DNA from: a virus
Taxonomy: Duplodnaviria > Heunggongvirae > Uroviricota > Caudoviricetes
Virus record (IMG/VR): IMGVR_UViG_3300042898_001927
Length of the DNA stretch: 64,000 nucleotides
Reading direction: 5' to 3' (one strand)
Shown here: positions 35,355 to 47,000 of the stretch, in pieces
How positions within the stretch are numbered: position 1 is the stretch's first letter
How the letters are laid out: each line of letters opens with the position of its first letter
Program-made: the position numbers and the translations under genes
The notes under the pieces: generated by a model
Databases searched by the model: none
What the model was told of the DNA's origin: nothing
The model's input: only the letters and a program-made list of their open reading frames with translations

Positions 35355-37091
35355 TTAAAACGTAATAGTTCCAGATTGAGTAAATGTGTAAACAGTAAAT
35401 TCACCTGATGTAGTAATAGTTGGACTACCTGTTACACTTAATGTTGCTACTCCTGTCAAATATCTAAAAATAACAATGCCCGATCCTCCTTGACCAGAAG
35501 TTCCTAATTCAGTTTCGGTATTCCAGCTTCCACCACCACCGCCACCGGTGTTAACGCTGCCGTTAGTCGGTGCCTGAACGACACCAAGATCATCTCCTCC
35601 ATCGCCGCCACCACCAAGTCCGCCGGCGCCACCGATGTCACGGGCAGCTCCGCCACCACCACCAGCATAAAATACTGCGCTACCAGTTATATCAATAGCT
35701 AATCCAATACCGCCAACTCCTCCAGTGTCGGCTGAGCCGTCTCCTTCGCCGCCACTACCGCCAGCGCCACCACCACCACCACCGGCACTGTCGTCATTTA
35801 CAGTTCCGCCACCATCAAACCCTTGACCAAGGGTTCCTAAACCTCCAACAGCATTGACAAATGCGTTTGCACCACCGCCGCCACCTGAACCTCCATTACT
35901 ACCAGTCCTAACACTTTGACCTGCGCCGCCGGCACCACCGCCTATGGCAGTAACTCCATTAAATGAACTGTTTGCTCCATTTGTGCCGTTAGCGCCATTA
36001 TCGACACCACCGTTGCCTCCAGCACCTACAATAATAGAGTATGTACCAGGCACTAAAATTTTGTCAGAATAGAGTAAGCCGCCAGCTCCTCCACCTGCAC
36101 TGTCGGACCCTCCGCCACCACCGGCTACTACTAACTGCTGTAATACAATATAATTCCCGCCGACTAAATCAATAGTGTTTGTGGCAGGAAAGGCCCGGCC
36201 TAGGCCCCAAATTATACGAACTGCACCTCCACCACCTGCACCACTGTTACTCGAGCTTCCGCCACCACCACCACCATAAAATCCACCTCCGCCGCCATTG
36301 CCAGATCTTGGATTGGCGCCGTTGGTTCCCCCCGAGCCGCCCCTGCCGAAGCCATTCGTTGTGGAATCATCAACCCCGGCTGCTCCGCTTGCGCCTTGAC
36401 CATAGATACCAACGCCTCCTCCGCCACCGCCGTTGCTGCCACTGTCACCGCCTCCTCCTCCGCCACCGCCGCTGCCCGCACTTCTCCAATTGCCGCCATT
36501 GCCCGAATATCCGCCCGCGCCGCCTCCCCCACCACCCATTTGGCCTCCACCTCGGCCGCCGTCGCCGCCGCCCTCTCCTACAAAAGTTCCGCCAAGTGCT
36601 TGAGGACCGTTAGGACCAGCACCGACAGCACCTGCGCCGCCGTTTGCTCTAACCACAGTAGAGTCTATAAAAAGACTATGTTCTCCAGCAATACCGTTTA
36701 CAAAGTTACCGCTTCGGCCAGCAGCCCCTGCTCCGACTACAACTGTGTAACTTTGTCCAGGCACTACCGTAATGTTATTTCGCCATGCAAGGGCTCCAGC
36801 ACCGCCACCGCGACCTGAAGAAACACCTGCGTCACCAGTTGAGCCACTACCGCCCCCACCTACGCACACTGCACATACTGAAAAAACTTTATTAGGCGCT
36901 GTCCATGTATAAGTCCCTGGTGTGGTAAATTCTACTTGTCCTACTTGGAGAGGATATCTCCAATATTCGGATCCAGAGTTTGTCTGCAGTCTAAGTTCAT
37001 TGGGAGAGAATATACCAGATTGATTATTAGAATTATTAAAATTAAGCAGGGGATTAGCCGCACTTACCATTCTATACTTAAACTTTGACAT
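35355..37091 (-). CDS. Glycine-rich domain structural protein
   Basis: 578 aa. It has the N-terminal YTWTAPNKVFSVCAVCVGGGG module, the internal AVRIIWGLGRAFPATNT motif and the C-terminal GGSGIVIFRY. It is a paralog of 48748..50481 and 52812..53666. Confidence 0.65.
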   Translation of the reverse strand: MSKFKYRMVSAANPLLNFNNSNNQSGIFSPNELRLQTNSGSEYWRYPLQVGQVEFTTPGTYTWTAPNKVFSVCAVCVGGGGSGSTGDAGVSSGRGGGAGALAWRNNITVVPGQSYTVVVGAGAAGRSGNFVNGIAGEHSLFIDSTVVRANGGAGAVGAGPNGPQALGGTFVGEGGGDGGRGGGQMGGGGGGAGGYSGNGGNWRSAGSGGGGGGGGDSGSNGGGGGGVGIYGQGASGAAGVDDSTTNGFGRGGSGGTNGANPRSGNGGGGGFYGGGGGGSSSNSGAGGGGAVRIIWGLGRAFPATNTIDLVGGNYIVLQQLVVAGGGGGSDSAGGGAGGLLYSDKILVPGTYSIIVGAGGNGGVDNGANGTNGANSSFNGVTAIGGGAGGAGQSVRTGSNGGSGGGGGANAFVNAVGGLGTLGQGFDGGGTVNDDSAGGGGGGAGGSGGEGDGSADTGGVGGIGLAIDITGSAVFYAGGGGGAARDIGGAGGLGGGGDGGDDLGVVQAPTNGSVNTGGGGGGSWNTETELGTSGQGGSGIVIFRYLTGVATLSVTGSPTITTSGEFTVYTFTQSGTITF

Positions 37092-37109
37092 GATGTCCCA
37101 GTTCTTTAA

Positions 37110-37481
37110 TTAACTAATAATTTCAAATACTGCAATATAGTCTAATGAATCAGCAACCTGAGATGTAACAGCTATACTCTTATCTTCTGTTAGATACAAG
37201 AAGTTGCCCTTGTCAATTAACTGTAAACTAGCGTTTGCCGGAACGTAAATATCATAAGCTAGATAATAATTAGTGCCAAGCCCACTTGCACTAGTATTTA
37301 ATGCTACCCTAGTAGCCGCAACAGTATTAGTTACATTGGTAATAACAAGTGAGTTAACCTTAACTACCGAATTGCTGCTGGCTGCATTTATTACTAATAT
37401 GTTTGAAGAAATATTACTGGGCGATAATGCAGCATAACCTGCAACGATCGATGAAACATTTACAATATTTGGTGCTGCCAT
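37110..37481 (-). CDS. Small MAAPN-family protein (cassette paralog 1)
   Basis: 123 aa. MAAPNIVNV...NAASSN..VKVNSL is a paralog of 53668..54051, with weaker similarity to 55911..56246. Confidence 0.5.
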   Translation of the reverse strand: MAAPNIVNVSSIVAGYAALSPSNISSNILVINAASSNSVVKVNSLVITNVTNTVAATRVALNTSASGLGTNYYLAYDIYVPANASLQLIDKGNFLYLTEDKSIAVTSQVADSLDYIAVFEIIS

Positions 37482-37482
37482 T

Positions 37483-37758
37483 TTATCCTCCGAATACCAA
37501 TGCCATTGCTATGGCTTTTCCCGTAGTAACGCCACCTGCGCTACCTGTATAACCTATATTACCCTGATAACCTTGGCTACCGGTGTATCCGCCGGCTGGA
37601 CCACGACTACCTGTATAGCCTCTGCTGCCTGTATAACCGTCAGGGTCACCTTTGCTGCCTGTATAACCTTGACTGCCTGTATAGCCATCAGCAGGACCGG
37701 CACTACCAGTAAATCCTGTTAGATTAGAGCCCAGTATTGTTTTTACGCTAATGACCAT
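37483..37758 (-). CDS. Short collagen-like (GYTGSxG) repeat protein
   Basis: 91 aa with G-X-Y triplets (GYTGSQGYTGSKGDPDGYTGSRG...). Confidence 0.5.
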   Translation of the reverse strand: MVISVKTILGSNLTGFTGSAGPADGYTGSQGYTGSKGDPDGYTGSRGYTGSRGPAGGYTGSQGYQGNIGYTGSAGGVTTGKAIAMALVFGG

Positions 37759-37766
37759 TGATTAAA

Positions 37767-38069
37767 TTAACTCCAGAATTGGTATATGATAGGTGTAGTG
37801 GTGTTAGAATAAACATCGCCAAACAATTCAACTTCTATTTGTTTATTAGGTTGAATAAACCCTTTCTCTAGGTATTTATCGTCATGTCTAGTGCCGATAT
37901 TTACTAACGACATCGGAGAACTGTTACGCATAAACACAGTCTTGCTATTTGTTACTAAATTGATAAAATTGTAGGAAGCAGAATTTTCACCTAGAACAAA
38001 TCGTGTAGATACAATGCTGCCACTCAAAGATTGTGTGGTCGTTTGTGTTCCTATGGATACGATTGCCAT
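37767..38069 (-). CDS. Hypothetical protein
   Basis: ORF track, 100 aa. It has an ATGA overlap with the upstream gene. Confidence 0.45.
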   Translation of the reverse strand: MAIVSIGTQTTTQSLSGSIVSTRFVLGENSASYNFINLVTNSKTVFMRNSSPMSLVNIGTRHDDKYLEKGFIQPNKQIEVELFGDVYSNTTTPIIYQFWS

Positions 38070-40171
38070 TATGCTTTGATCAACAATCTACCAGTTTGGC
38101 CGCCATTGACCGCAGTGGTATTATAGATGCCTGTAATGCAATTGATTCTGTTATCACTGGCTACTACAGTAGAGAATGTAGTAACTAGTCTGCTACCATT
38201 AGTGGTCATACCAGCTGCATATCCTAGTGGGTTAGTTGTAGTTCCAATGCTGGCCAGTGTTGCAATAGTAGAAATATTACCGCTGGTCACTTGTTGAGGA
38301 TAGTTAAATTGCACACGAGCAGCATAGCCCACTGTTGCAGATATCTGTCCTACTTTTCTTGGACTGATGATAAACGATCCACGTACTGCAACAATGTTTA
38401 AGTCACCCCGGTAATCTAAAGAGGCCGATTGATTTAAGTGAGAATGGCAGGCCGCCCCGGTTGCTGCTGTTGCAAATGTTGCTACGTTGGATGTTACTGT
38501 TAAATCGGTGTTTAGTTCATAAAGGTTTCCAGTGGCTGCAAATCCCACGGCTAGATAAATCCTTCCACTTGCATAATCAATGTAGAATGAAGTAGGACTA
38601 TCTGGAGTAACAGTGCTTGCACCGGTTACTCTTGGATTAACAACACCTGCTGTTTGTACACCGTCGTCTGCTGTAAATCTAGCAATACGCATTGTTTGAG
38701 AAGACAGCGTCCCACCTTGAGTTGCGACATATACGTTTCCTAGATAATCCGGAACAGGTTTTCCAAATCCACTAGCTACTGTTATAGGTGTTCCTAATGT
38801 ATAAACACCGGCATTGGTTGTAAAAGTCGATCTATTGACCATTGCTACTGTTGGTGTGGTGCTGGCAGTTCTCCTAACACAATAGACATACTTATTATCA
38901 ATTCCTAAATAAGAAACGTCGGCGATAGTGGACGACATATTAAGTACAGTGGAATTAAATGTTTCAGTGTCGATCTTAACTATGCCTGTATTGGTAGAAC
39001 CGTAAATTGTACGTTGTCCGTCAAACACAATATCCTGTACGCCGCCGGAGATACTGTATCGTAGAGTAGTTAATCCACCCTGGCCAGTACTCGTATCGTA
39101 AGTTCTAATACCGTCACTTGCTGCTAACCAGACGATACTACCGATGATAATAGGTGTAGAAAGAACTGCGGCCTGTGCTTGTCCAAATGTGTTTGTGCTC
39201 TTACCGGCTGCATAAGCTGCATCAACTTCACAGCCGCCATTCATTGGCATCAGTAAAAATTCTGTGCTTGTACCACTGGCGCTAGGCCATCCACCGGTGC
39301 TATCAGCAGTTACTAATGTGCTGTCCAAGAAACTACCAATAGATTTAGTAACACCTACATTGTAGGCACGGCCTACTGGCATACTCTTAGTAATGGCATC
39401 TGCTGCCACTGGGCTAACAATGGTCTTAGTAGGATCCCAACCGTAGGTTATGTTGAAATAAGAACCTAGGTGCAGTAAGTTGGTATCGGTACCGACTGTT
39501 ACTGTAGTAGATGGATAGCTCGGAGGAAACATTCCTCTGTTGGTGCTAGGTGCATATGTCCTAGCTGCGGCAGCTCCTGTTAGTCCGTCAGCAGTTTTTG
39601 GAAATGCCAGCATTACTTGACTGATTGTAGCAGTAGTAGCTTGACCCCACGGGGTACCGATCATGACAGAGCTAGTCCATGCAAAACAGGGGACATTAAG
39701 TGCAGCAGTGTCTTCTGATGCTACTCGTTCAAATTCAAATACCCCAGACCACAGTCCGCCTTCGTTTCTGATAAATGTCCATAATACGCAATGCCTTGCT
39801 GATCCTGAGATAATAATATAGCTGTCTTTTAAGTCATAATACTGTTCAAAGCCTCCAGCACCGCTCCATGTTTCATTAGTTGCAATATGCAGTGTATCGT
39901 TCCATGATTCACACGCAGATGTGTTAATAGCTAGTGTAATAGTGTTTATTCGAAACAACATATACTTGTAGGTAACTGTGTCTGCATTCAACACACGATA
40001 TACTTTTGTTATAATAGGAGAAAACGTTGTTGTTCCCACAGTGTCAAACAGCGACCATCCAATTGCAGCCATTGCATTATCAATTTGGGGAATGATGTTG
40101 GTAGATGATGTTTCGTTACTGATAGTAATTCTTATACTATTTGCGGTATAGGTTGATGTGGTTATTGACAT
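38069..40171 (-). CDS. Large Ser/Thr/Ala-rich structural protein (fibre/baseplate-associated?)
   Basis: 700 aa with beta-rich composition. It is preceded by a T4-type late promoter TATAAATA and an AGGA RBS. Confidence 0.55.
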   Translation of the reverse strand: MSITTSTYTANSIRITISNETSSTNIIPQIDNAMAAIGWSLFDTVGTTTFSPIITKVYRVLNADTVTYKYMLFRINTITLAINTSACESWNDTLHIATNETWSGAGGFEQYYDLKDSYIIISGSARHCVLWTFIRNEGGLWSGVFEFERVASEDTAALNVPCFAWTSSVMIGTPWGQATTATISQVMLAFPKTADGLTGAAAARTYAPSTNRGMFPPSYPSTTVTVGTDTNLLHLGSYFNITYGWDPTKTIVSPVAADAITKSMPVGRAYNVGVTKSIGSFLDSTLVTADSTGGWPSASGTSTEFLLMPMNGGCEVDAAYAAGKSTNTFGQAQAAVLSTPIIIGSIVWLAASDGIRTYDTSTGQGGLTTLRYSISGGVQDIVFDGQRTIYGSTNTGIVKIDTETFNSTVLNMSSTIADVSYLGIDNKYVYCVRRTASTTPTVAMVNRSTFTTNAGVYTLGTPITVASGFGKPVPDYLGNVYVATQGGTLSSQTMRIARFTADDGVQTAGVVNPRVTGASTVTPDSPTSFYIDYASGRIYLAVGFAATGNLYELNTDLTVTSNVATFATAATGAACHSHLNQSASLDYRGDLNIVAVRGSFIISPRKVGQISATVGYAARVQFNYPQQVTSGNISTIATLASIGTTTNPLGYAAGMTTNGSRLVTTFSTVVASDNRINCITGIYNTTAVNGGQTGRLLIKA

Positions 40172-40208
40172 AATTATCCTGTTTTATTGCACAACGGTGC
40201 ATTTCTTA

Positions 40209-40216
40209 TATTTATA
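40209..40216 (-). promoter_or_regulatory. T4-type late promoter (TATAAATA)
   Basis: On the minus strand it reads CAGTATAAATATAAG, about 38 nt upstream of the ATG at 40171. Confidence 0.6.
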
Positions 40217-41027
40217 CTGCGATGTACTGTACTTGTACATATAAATCTGTACCAGACCCTGTTCCCACGCCTGTTTGCAGCACATTGACAGTTAGGTAGT
40301 CTCCTGCAGAGAGAGCAGTAGTTGCTGTATTTGTAATTCCCGTAGTTTGCCCCGCCGGAATAGATAAAGAAACAGTAGGTGTTCCATTCTTTACTAGGCT
40401 TAATACGATATCTACAGATGAAGCTACTCTAACCCTAGGAACAATCTTGGTGATAGCAGCATTATATGGAGCATACCATCTTGCTACACCAAAGAAAGTT
40501 GTTAAATTTCCTGGCTGTTGCAGTGTAATAACATCAGCACCTTGACTACCTGTATAACCTGTTGGTCCGATAGGTCCTGTAGTAGATGTTACTTGCCAAG
40601 TGGATCCTGTATAGACAAATTCAAAGGTAGATCCTTTTAGATCTAGCAATACATTATCAGAGTAACCTTCTATAGTTGATCCGTTACGTATCACAGTTAC
40701 TGGATATAATGCTAGATCGTACCCGTCTGTAATCTGTATGTATTGACCCGCTGTAGGAGTATCAGGCAGTGTTATATTAAATGATCCGAATACAGTGTTG
40801 GCAATAATCCTATCACCATCTGTTGCTGTATAATCTTCTGTCTGTACTTGCCACGGATTAGTAGCACTGCCCGGTAATCCCCTGCTGCCCACGTATCCTG
40901 TACTTCCAGTATAGCCCACTGTGGTCGAAGTAGCCATCCAAAAATCACCTGTCCAGGTCCAGGTTCTATTACCGAATGTATAAGTTTGCCCTACGGTAGG
41001 CGATGTTGGAAAATTAACTGTTGTCAT
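40212..41027 (-). CDS. Collagen-like fibre protein with a conserved N-terminal NFP domain
   Basis: 271 aa. The N-terminus MTTVNFPTSPTVGQTYTFGNRTWTWTGDFW is a paralog of the N-terminus of 50485..52770, followed by GYTGS triplets. Confidence 0.6.
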   Translation of the reverse strand: MTTVNFPTSPTVGQTYTFGNRTWTWTGDFWMATSTTVGYTGSTGYVGSRGLPGSATNPWQVQTEDYTATDGDRIIANTVFGSFNITLPDTPTAGQYIQITDGYDLALYPVTVIRNGSTIEGYSDNVLLDLKGSTFEFVYTGSTWQVTSTTGPIGPTGYTGSQGADVITLQQPGNLTTFFGVARWYAPYNAAITKIVPRVRVASSVDIVLSLVKNGTPTVSLSIPAGQTTGITNTATTALSAGDYLTVNVLQTGVGTGSGTDLYVQVQYIAV

Positions 41028-41036
41028 AGTAAATAT

Positions 41037-44000
41037 TTATCGAGTAGGATATGGTGCACGGAACACCGTGAAATTTGAAGTGTATCGTGCCACACCTTTG
41101 GTAATTCTAAGATCGTTGATATAACCGTTAAAATATTGTAATGCAGCAGCTGATCGTAAAAATCCTACATATAAGTTAGCAGGCAATGTAGGAACAACAG
41201 TTAATGTAGTTGATGCTACACTGGCCCCATTTAAATAGACTGTGAGAGTATTTTCATTTCTCACATACGCAGCATGATACCAAAAACCAACATTAACTAA
41301 CTCATTTGCAGATATAGCCGAATTGGCAGTAACACTTCCTGTTTCTACGTAGGCATAAATTCCTCCTAGTGCATTAATTCCTAATTGAACTCGGTTGGCA
41401 TTTGAACTAGTAGTTCCGTTGAATATAAAGCCCGAACCTTCTGCACCTCCTCGAGAATTTGCATAGAACCAGAATTCAATTGTAAAATTAGAAGCGTAAT
41501 CAAATACAGAGTTTTCAATATATAAATAGTCCCCAGAGCCATCAAAAGACATAACTGCGGCAGCATCCGGGTAGTACTCGATCGCCGAGTTTTGTAATTT
41601 AGATTCCCCTACTGCTATCACATGATTTCGACCAGTGCGATCAACAATAGCCCCGTTAGTTCCGTCAAGCAATAGAACAGTGTTAGGTACGGCTCGTGCA
41701 GGGGATTGGGGGGTAGTAAAATTACTTGTATCAATAACGTCAGCTGTTGGAATTCTAGCAGTACCTTTGAGTATGCGAAGATTAGAAATAAGACCCTGGT
41801 AGTAACCAGTTAGAGATGGGCCTACTGCTCCAATGTATATAGGATCTACAGTATTGTTGTATATCGACGATGCTATCCCGGTATCAGTTGAGTCTAATAC
41901 CCCATTGATATAAATTTTAGCAGTTGTTCCTTGTTTTATTGCTGATATAAAATACCATGTGTTGGGCAATATCTCTTGGTTACTGTAAAGGATGCTAGCT
42001 CCAGATCCAGTTCCTACTCGAAATAAAATTTCTCCATTTCGCACGGCAAGGTACCAAGATCTTCTATTATTTGAATATCCATAAAGGGATGCTATTACAT
42101 GCTCACCGTCAACATCGGTAGGATATATCCATGCTTCGATAGTAAAATTGTTAGATCCAAAATTTAATGTTGATGTATTGGCTACACTCAACACTTGCTT
42201 TGTCGGTGCAGTGTTAATAAAACTGTAACTATAATATCCATCATTGCTGATATTATTAGCAAAGGGCGTACTGGTTGATATAAATGCCGAACCTCCTATG
42301 GTATTGTCATATGTAGAATTATCAATTAGACCGGATGATTGTGCTGTTAGTAATACTGTATTGTCTATCGCAGTTAATGGTGTGTAATTCGGCCCTGCAT
42401 ATAAGGCAGTTCCTATGACCAGTCTAACATCCGACATGTATCCTGTAAAGAAATTTGAACCAGAACCGCGTTGAGAACCCACATGTAGGCCGCCTGCAAC
42501 ATCAATGCTATTTGTAAATGCTGCACTACCGTCGAGCTGACCATTTATCCAGAGATATAGTGTTCCGGCTCGTCGAGTAACTGATACATGAATCCAACTG
42601 TTTAATGGAACTTTAGTTGTTCCTGTAATTATTGTACTATTACTAAAATCAAATGTTAAAAAACCTGTAATGTTAGTGGTACCGAGGTAATACGCACCCG
42701 TAGCTAGACTTGGTGCCGATGATAGTATAGTTTTACTACCTGTGAAATTTAATAGATATATCCAGGCCTCTATAGTAAAATCGCTAGTTCCTATAACATG
42801 ATCCTGATCATAGGCTATATCTAGATAATCACTCGATCCGTTAAAATACATAGACCCGCTGTTTATTAAAGAGTTGTATCCAGGTGTACGATAGGGTGAG
42901 AATCGCTGAATACTGGCATTACCAAAACTACTAATTGTAAAATTGTTCCCACTATTATCAACAAATCTATTGCTTTGCAGTGTTAATAACACTGTGTTAG
43001 ATATGCGAGGTAATTCTGAAGTGGGTCGAATGCCTATAATATCTGCTGTATCTGCGAATGGAAAAGATCTGCCAGGGCCCGAAATTATACGCACCGCGCC
43101 TGCGCCTGCTGCACCACCTGTAACTGTTGGCGATCCACTAGCACCGACGCCGCCGGATCCGCCACCACCGCCGCCATATAAACCACCAGCACCACCTCGT
43201 GCAGCAGTAGCGAATAGAATGCCCGTGCCATTTGCGCCTGCAGTACCACCAGATCCACCGCTACCGCCGATTCCTGCCCCGCTGCCGCTGCTTGGACCAG
43301 CTGCACCACTGGTTCCTTGTCCAAATATTCCAACGCCGCCACCGCCAGCTCCACCTGAGACAAAGTTACCGTTTCCGTTGGTATCATTAAATGAGGATCC
43401 ACCACCACCGCCAGCACCACCTGCTCCTGCGCCGGCTGACCCCGGGTCGGTGGCTTGACCTGATGCTCGGGCACCTGCTCCACCATTTCCTGCGTAACCG
43501 CCTGCACCACCACCGCCTGCACCTTGGGCAGATCCAACGCCGCTGTAAAATCCGCCTGCACCACCACTGCCGCCGCCGTCACCCGTAAATGTGCCGCCTA
43601 TGTTTGCTCCCGAAGGCTGACCACCTCGACCACCGCCACCTCTAACGGTGGATGTGCTTATAAAGTAACTATCACCACCATTGCCGCCATTGACGTTAAG
43701 AGTGCTTGTTGCAGGTACTCCAGCAGCACCGACAACTAAAGTATACGATTGTCCGGGAACTACTGCAATATTATTTTTCCACCCAAGACCACCACCACCA
43801 CCACCGTTGACGTTGTTTGCGCCTGCGCCGCCACCACCAACACAAACTACACTAACACTGGTAACTCCTTCTGGCGCAATCCAAGAATATGTACCAGGTA
43901 TAGTATAATTTACTTGTAAGATGCCGGAAGTTGTGTATATTATAGAATTTGTAACTCTAAAATTGCTTATATAGCCATTGATGTAGTCTCCTGCAACTCC

Positions 44001-47000
44001 GCCAAAATGTTGCCAACCTATAGCCCAACTTGTTCCAGAACTTAAAGAAGCATTTGTACTGGTAGCTTCTGCTATGCCATTTACAAATAGAGTCGCAACT
44101 CCTGTGCTTGAATTTCTTGTTACAGCTACATGATACCAAGTGTTGGCCAATACAGTGGCTGTTCCTATGGCAGGACTACCTGCCGCAGCATTTAAGGTTG
44201 TAAGACGAAATACTCCGCTAGAATCACGAAACAACACATATCTATTATTAACATCTGTACCAAAATTAAATATGTGCGGAGTAGTGTTTGTAAAATTATT
44301 AAAGAATACCCAACACTCTATAGTCCAATCGGTTGCACTTAAACTTTCTCCAGTCAGTGTTAAATAATCTCCAGTACCGTCAAAGTATCCGCTCCATCCT
44401 TGCCCGTGCGGACTAAACGTTCCCTGAGACACTGTTGTCCCCACTGGAGTTATAGTTGAATTAACAATCGATTTATCGTAAAACGCTCTATTATTTGCAA
44501 GACCATTGTTTTGTAGAGTTAGTAACGATGTGTTAGGAATAGCAGTTAGTGGCCTAAATGGCGGAGGGAAGTTATTAATATAGACTGCTGTGCCGTTTAC
44601 TACACGTAGGTTGGAAATATAACCAATAAAGTTGTTCTCGAAAGATGTAATATTTCTTCTGCCAATCTGTACAGTGTTAACTTGGTTCCCCCATGAAAGG
44701 TACGATGTTGTCTGCGTTGTAACTAGGGATCCGTTCAAAAATAATCTAACGGTCGTTCCAACTTTAGTAGCAGCTAAATGGACCCATTGATTCTGGGGGA
44801 CTGAGCCGGTGATCGCGATCGTTTCAGCATTCCCGCCAGTATCAATTATGCGCTGTATGCCAAAGTTCGTTGGTGTTGCGAAAAATGAAATACTTCCCGC
44901 ACTACGTGTAGGACCGTCATTTGACAGAATCATAAAGTTACTAGAGGACAAACCTGTACCGTATATCCAGCATTCTATTGTAAAATCAGAGTTACCAAAA
45001 TTCAAAGGACTAGCCCCAGGCGCAGTTAAATAATCCCCAGTACCGTCGAAGTACGCACTACCCTGCGAAGAATAGGGAGATATGTAATTAAATGGCTGTA
45101 GATTAGATACTGCGGCTGTTCCAGTTGTAAAACTTAAATTAGCAGGTGATTTATCAACAATTCTATTGCTAGAAGCCGTTAACAATGCCACTGTACCGGT
45201 GATAGCAGAATCAACACTAGTATGACCGATTGTGGCAGTCGGTAGTGGCTGTGTTCCTACAGAGAATTCTTCTGTATATAATCCTTCTCCCTTAACTACT
45301 CGCAAATTGCTGATATATCCGTTAAATAGCTCACTGCCATTGAGGTTTGCACCAATAGTGGCAGTGGTGAGAGTTAGTTCGTTTTGAATTGGGGCTGTTC
45401 CTGCAAACAAAATACTCCCAGATGCAGTAAATGTATATAGTATATTGCCGCCGGTGTTGACTACAGTAACTCCGCCTGTAACAGTGGCCTGTGTGAGTGT
45501 TGCACTATGTCTAATAATAACTAAACCTGATCCACCTGATCCACCTGTGGTGGGCGTAGGTGAGCCGCGCCCTGCGCCACCACCACCCCCACCTGTATTT
45601 GGTGTGCCGGGACTGCCATTAATTCCAACATTACTACCATTACCTCCGCCGCCTAGTCCACCCGTCCCGGCTGTACTACCACCTACTGTACTTTGGGCTC
45701 CGCCGCCGCCGCCTGCATAGTATGTTGAGGTTCCAGAGATTGAATCTAATACACCGACACCTCCATTACCGGCAGTATTACTTACACTGCTAGATCCTGG
45801 TGCCCCGCCTCCGCCGCCTCCGCCACCTGCTTGGTTACCGCTAGTGCCGTTTCCACCTGCTCCACCATCATTGCCCTGACCCGGAGTACCTAAACCATTC
45901 GCAATCAATGGGGTACTAAATGCAGCGTCGCCGCTTCCACCGCCTCCGCTACCACCACTACTTCCATCAACATCGGTAGAGTTTGCGCTATTACCGCCGC
46001 CACCACCGCCACCACCGATGGCAGTTATAGTGGATAAATTTGCACCTGATATGATAGTATTAGATCCAGTATTACCAAGATTACCAGCTACTCCTGTGCC
46101 TCCGCCACCTACACTTATTGCATATGGCACACCACCTGTTAGGATTGTACTAGTTGATATCACTCCACCCGCGCCACCACCGCCTCCACCGCCATTAGAA
46201 CCACTGGCGGCGCCACCAGCACCACCGCCTGCTACCACTAGATACTCTACAGGTACTGCATTCACTCCTTCTGCGTCGTTGTTAGGAACTACAGATCCGT
46301 TTAAAAATAAATTTATATACCCGGCATGTTTAACTACTGCAACATGATTCCAATTGTTAGTTAATAGTAGATCGCTTACATTGTTTGCAACGAATTCGCC
46401 CATGTACCAATATAGTCCGCCTGTGGGATTCACACCAAACGCTCCGCCTGTGTATATACCAGCAGTTGCACTAGATGGTCTAGTAGAATATATTGTGCGA
46501 TAAGTGCCCGGCGCACCCGTTACATAAATCCATGCTTCTACAGTAAAATTATCTGAACCAAATGCAACAGTTGAGGTGCTGGCTAATCTTAGATAATTAG
46601 TAGATCCATTAAATTTTATGCTGTAATTTTCAGCATATGGATGAAAATTATCCGGTCTAGTGTCGCCCAAAATGGATACATTAAAATTATTGACGCTAGA
46701 ATCATCAACAAAGGTAGTTTTTATTTCAGAGGATAATAATAATGTTGTATTTTTAAAATTAGGTTCAGGAGCATTAGATGATTGTGCAGGATATCTAACA
46801 GTTAAAGGCGCCTGTTCCGTTACATAGGAGATAGTTCCCCCCGTAGCAGTTCCTAAACTGGTTTGATATTTAATAATAACAACACCCGATCCGCCACTGC
46901 CACCTACTTTACTATTAGTAGGGGCACCTGCACCACCGCCACCACCTGTGTTCGGATCGCCAGGAGTACAAAGATCAGCAGCCGCTGTTGTTCCGTTATC

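Noticed and set aside
36179-36818. His/Arg- and Ala-rich ORFs nested in 35355..37091 (36179..36613 +, 36212..36550 -, 36396..36818 +)
   Set aside because: They are alternative-frame or antisense readings of the same GC-rich Gly-codon tract inside a well-supported 578-aa gene.
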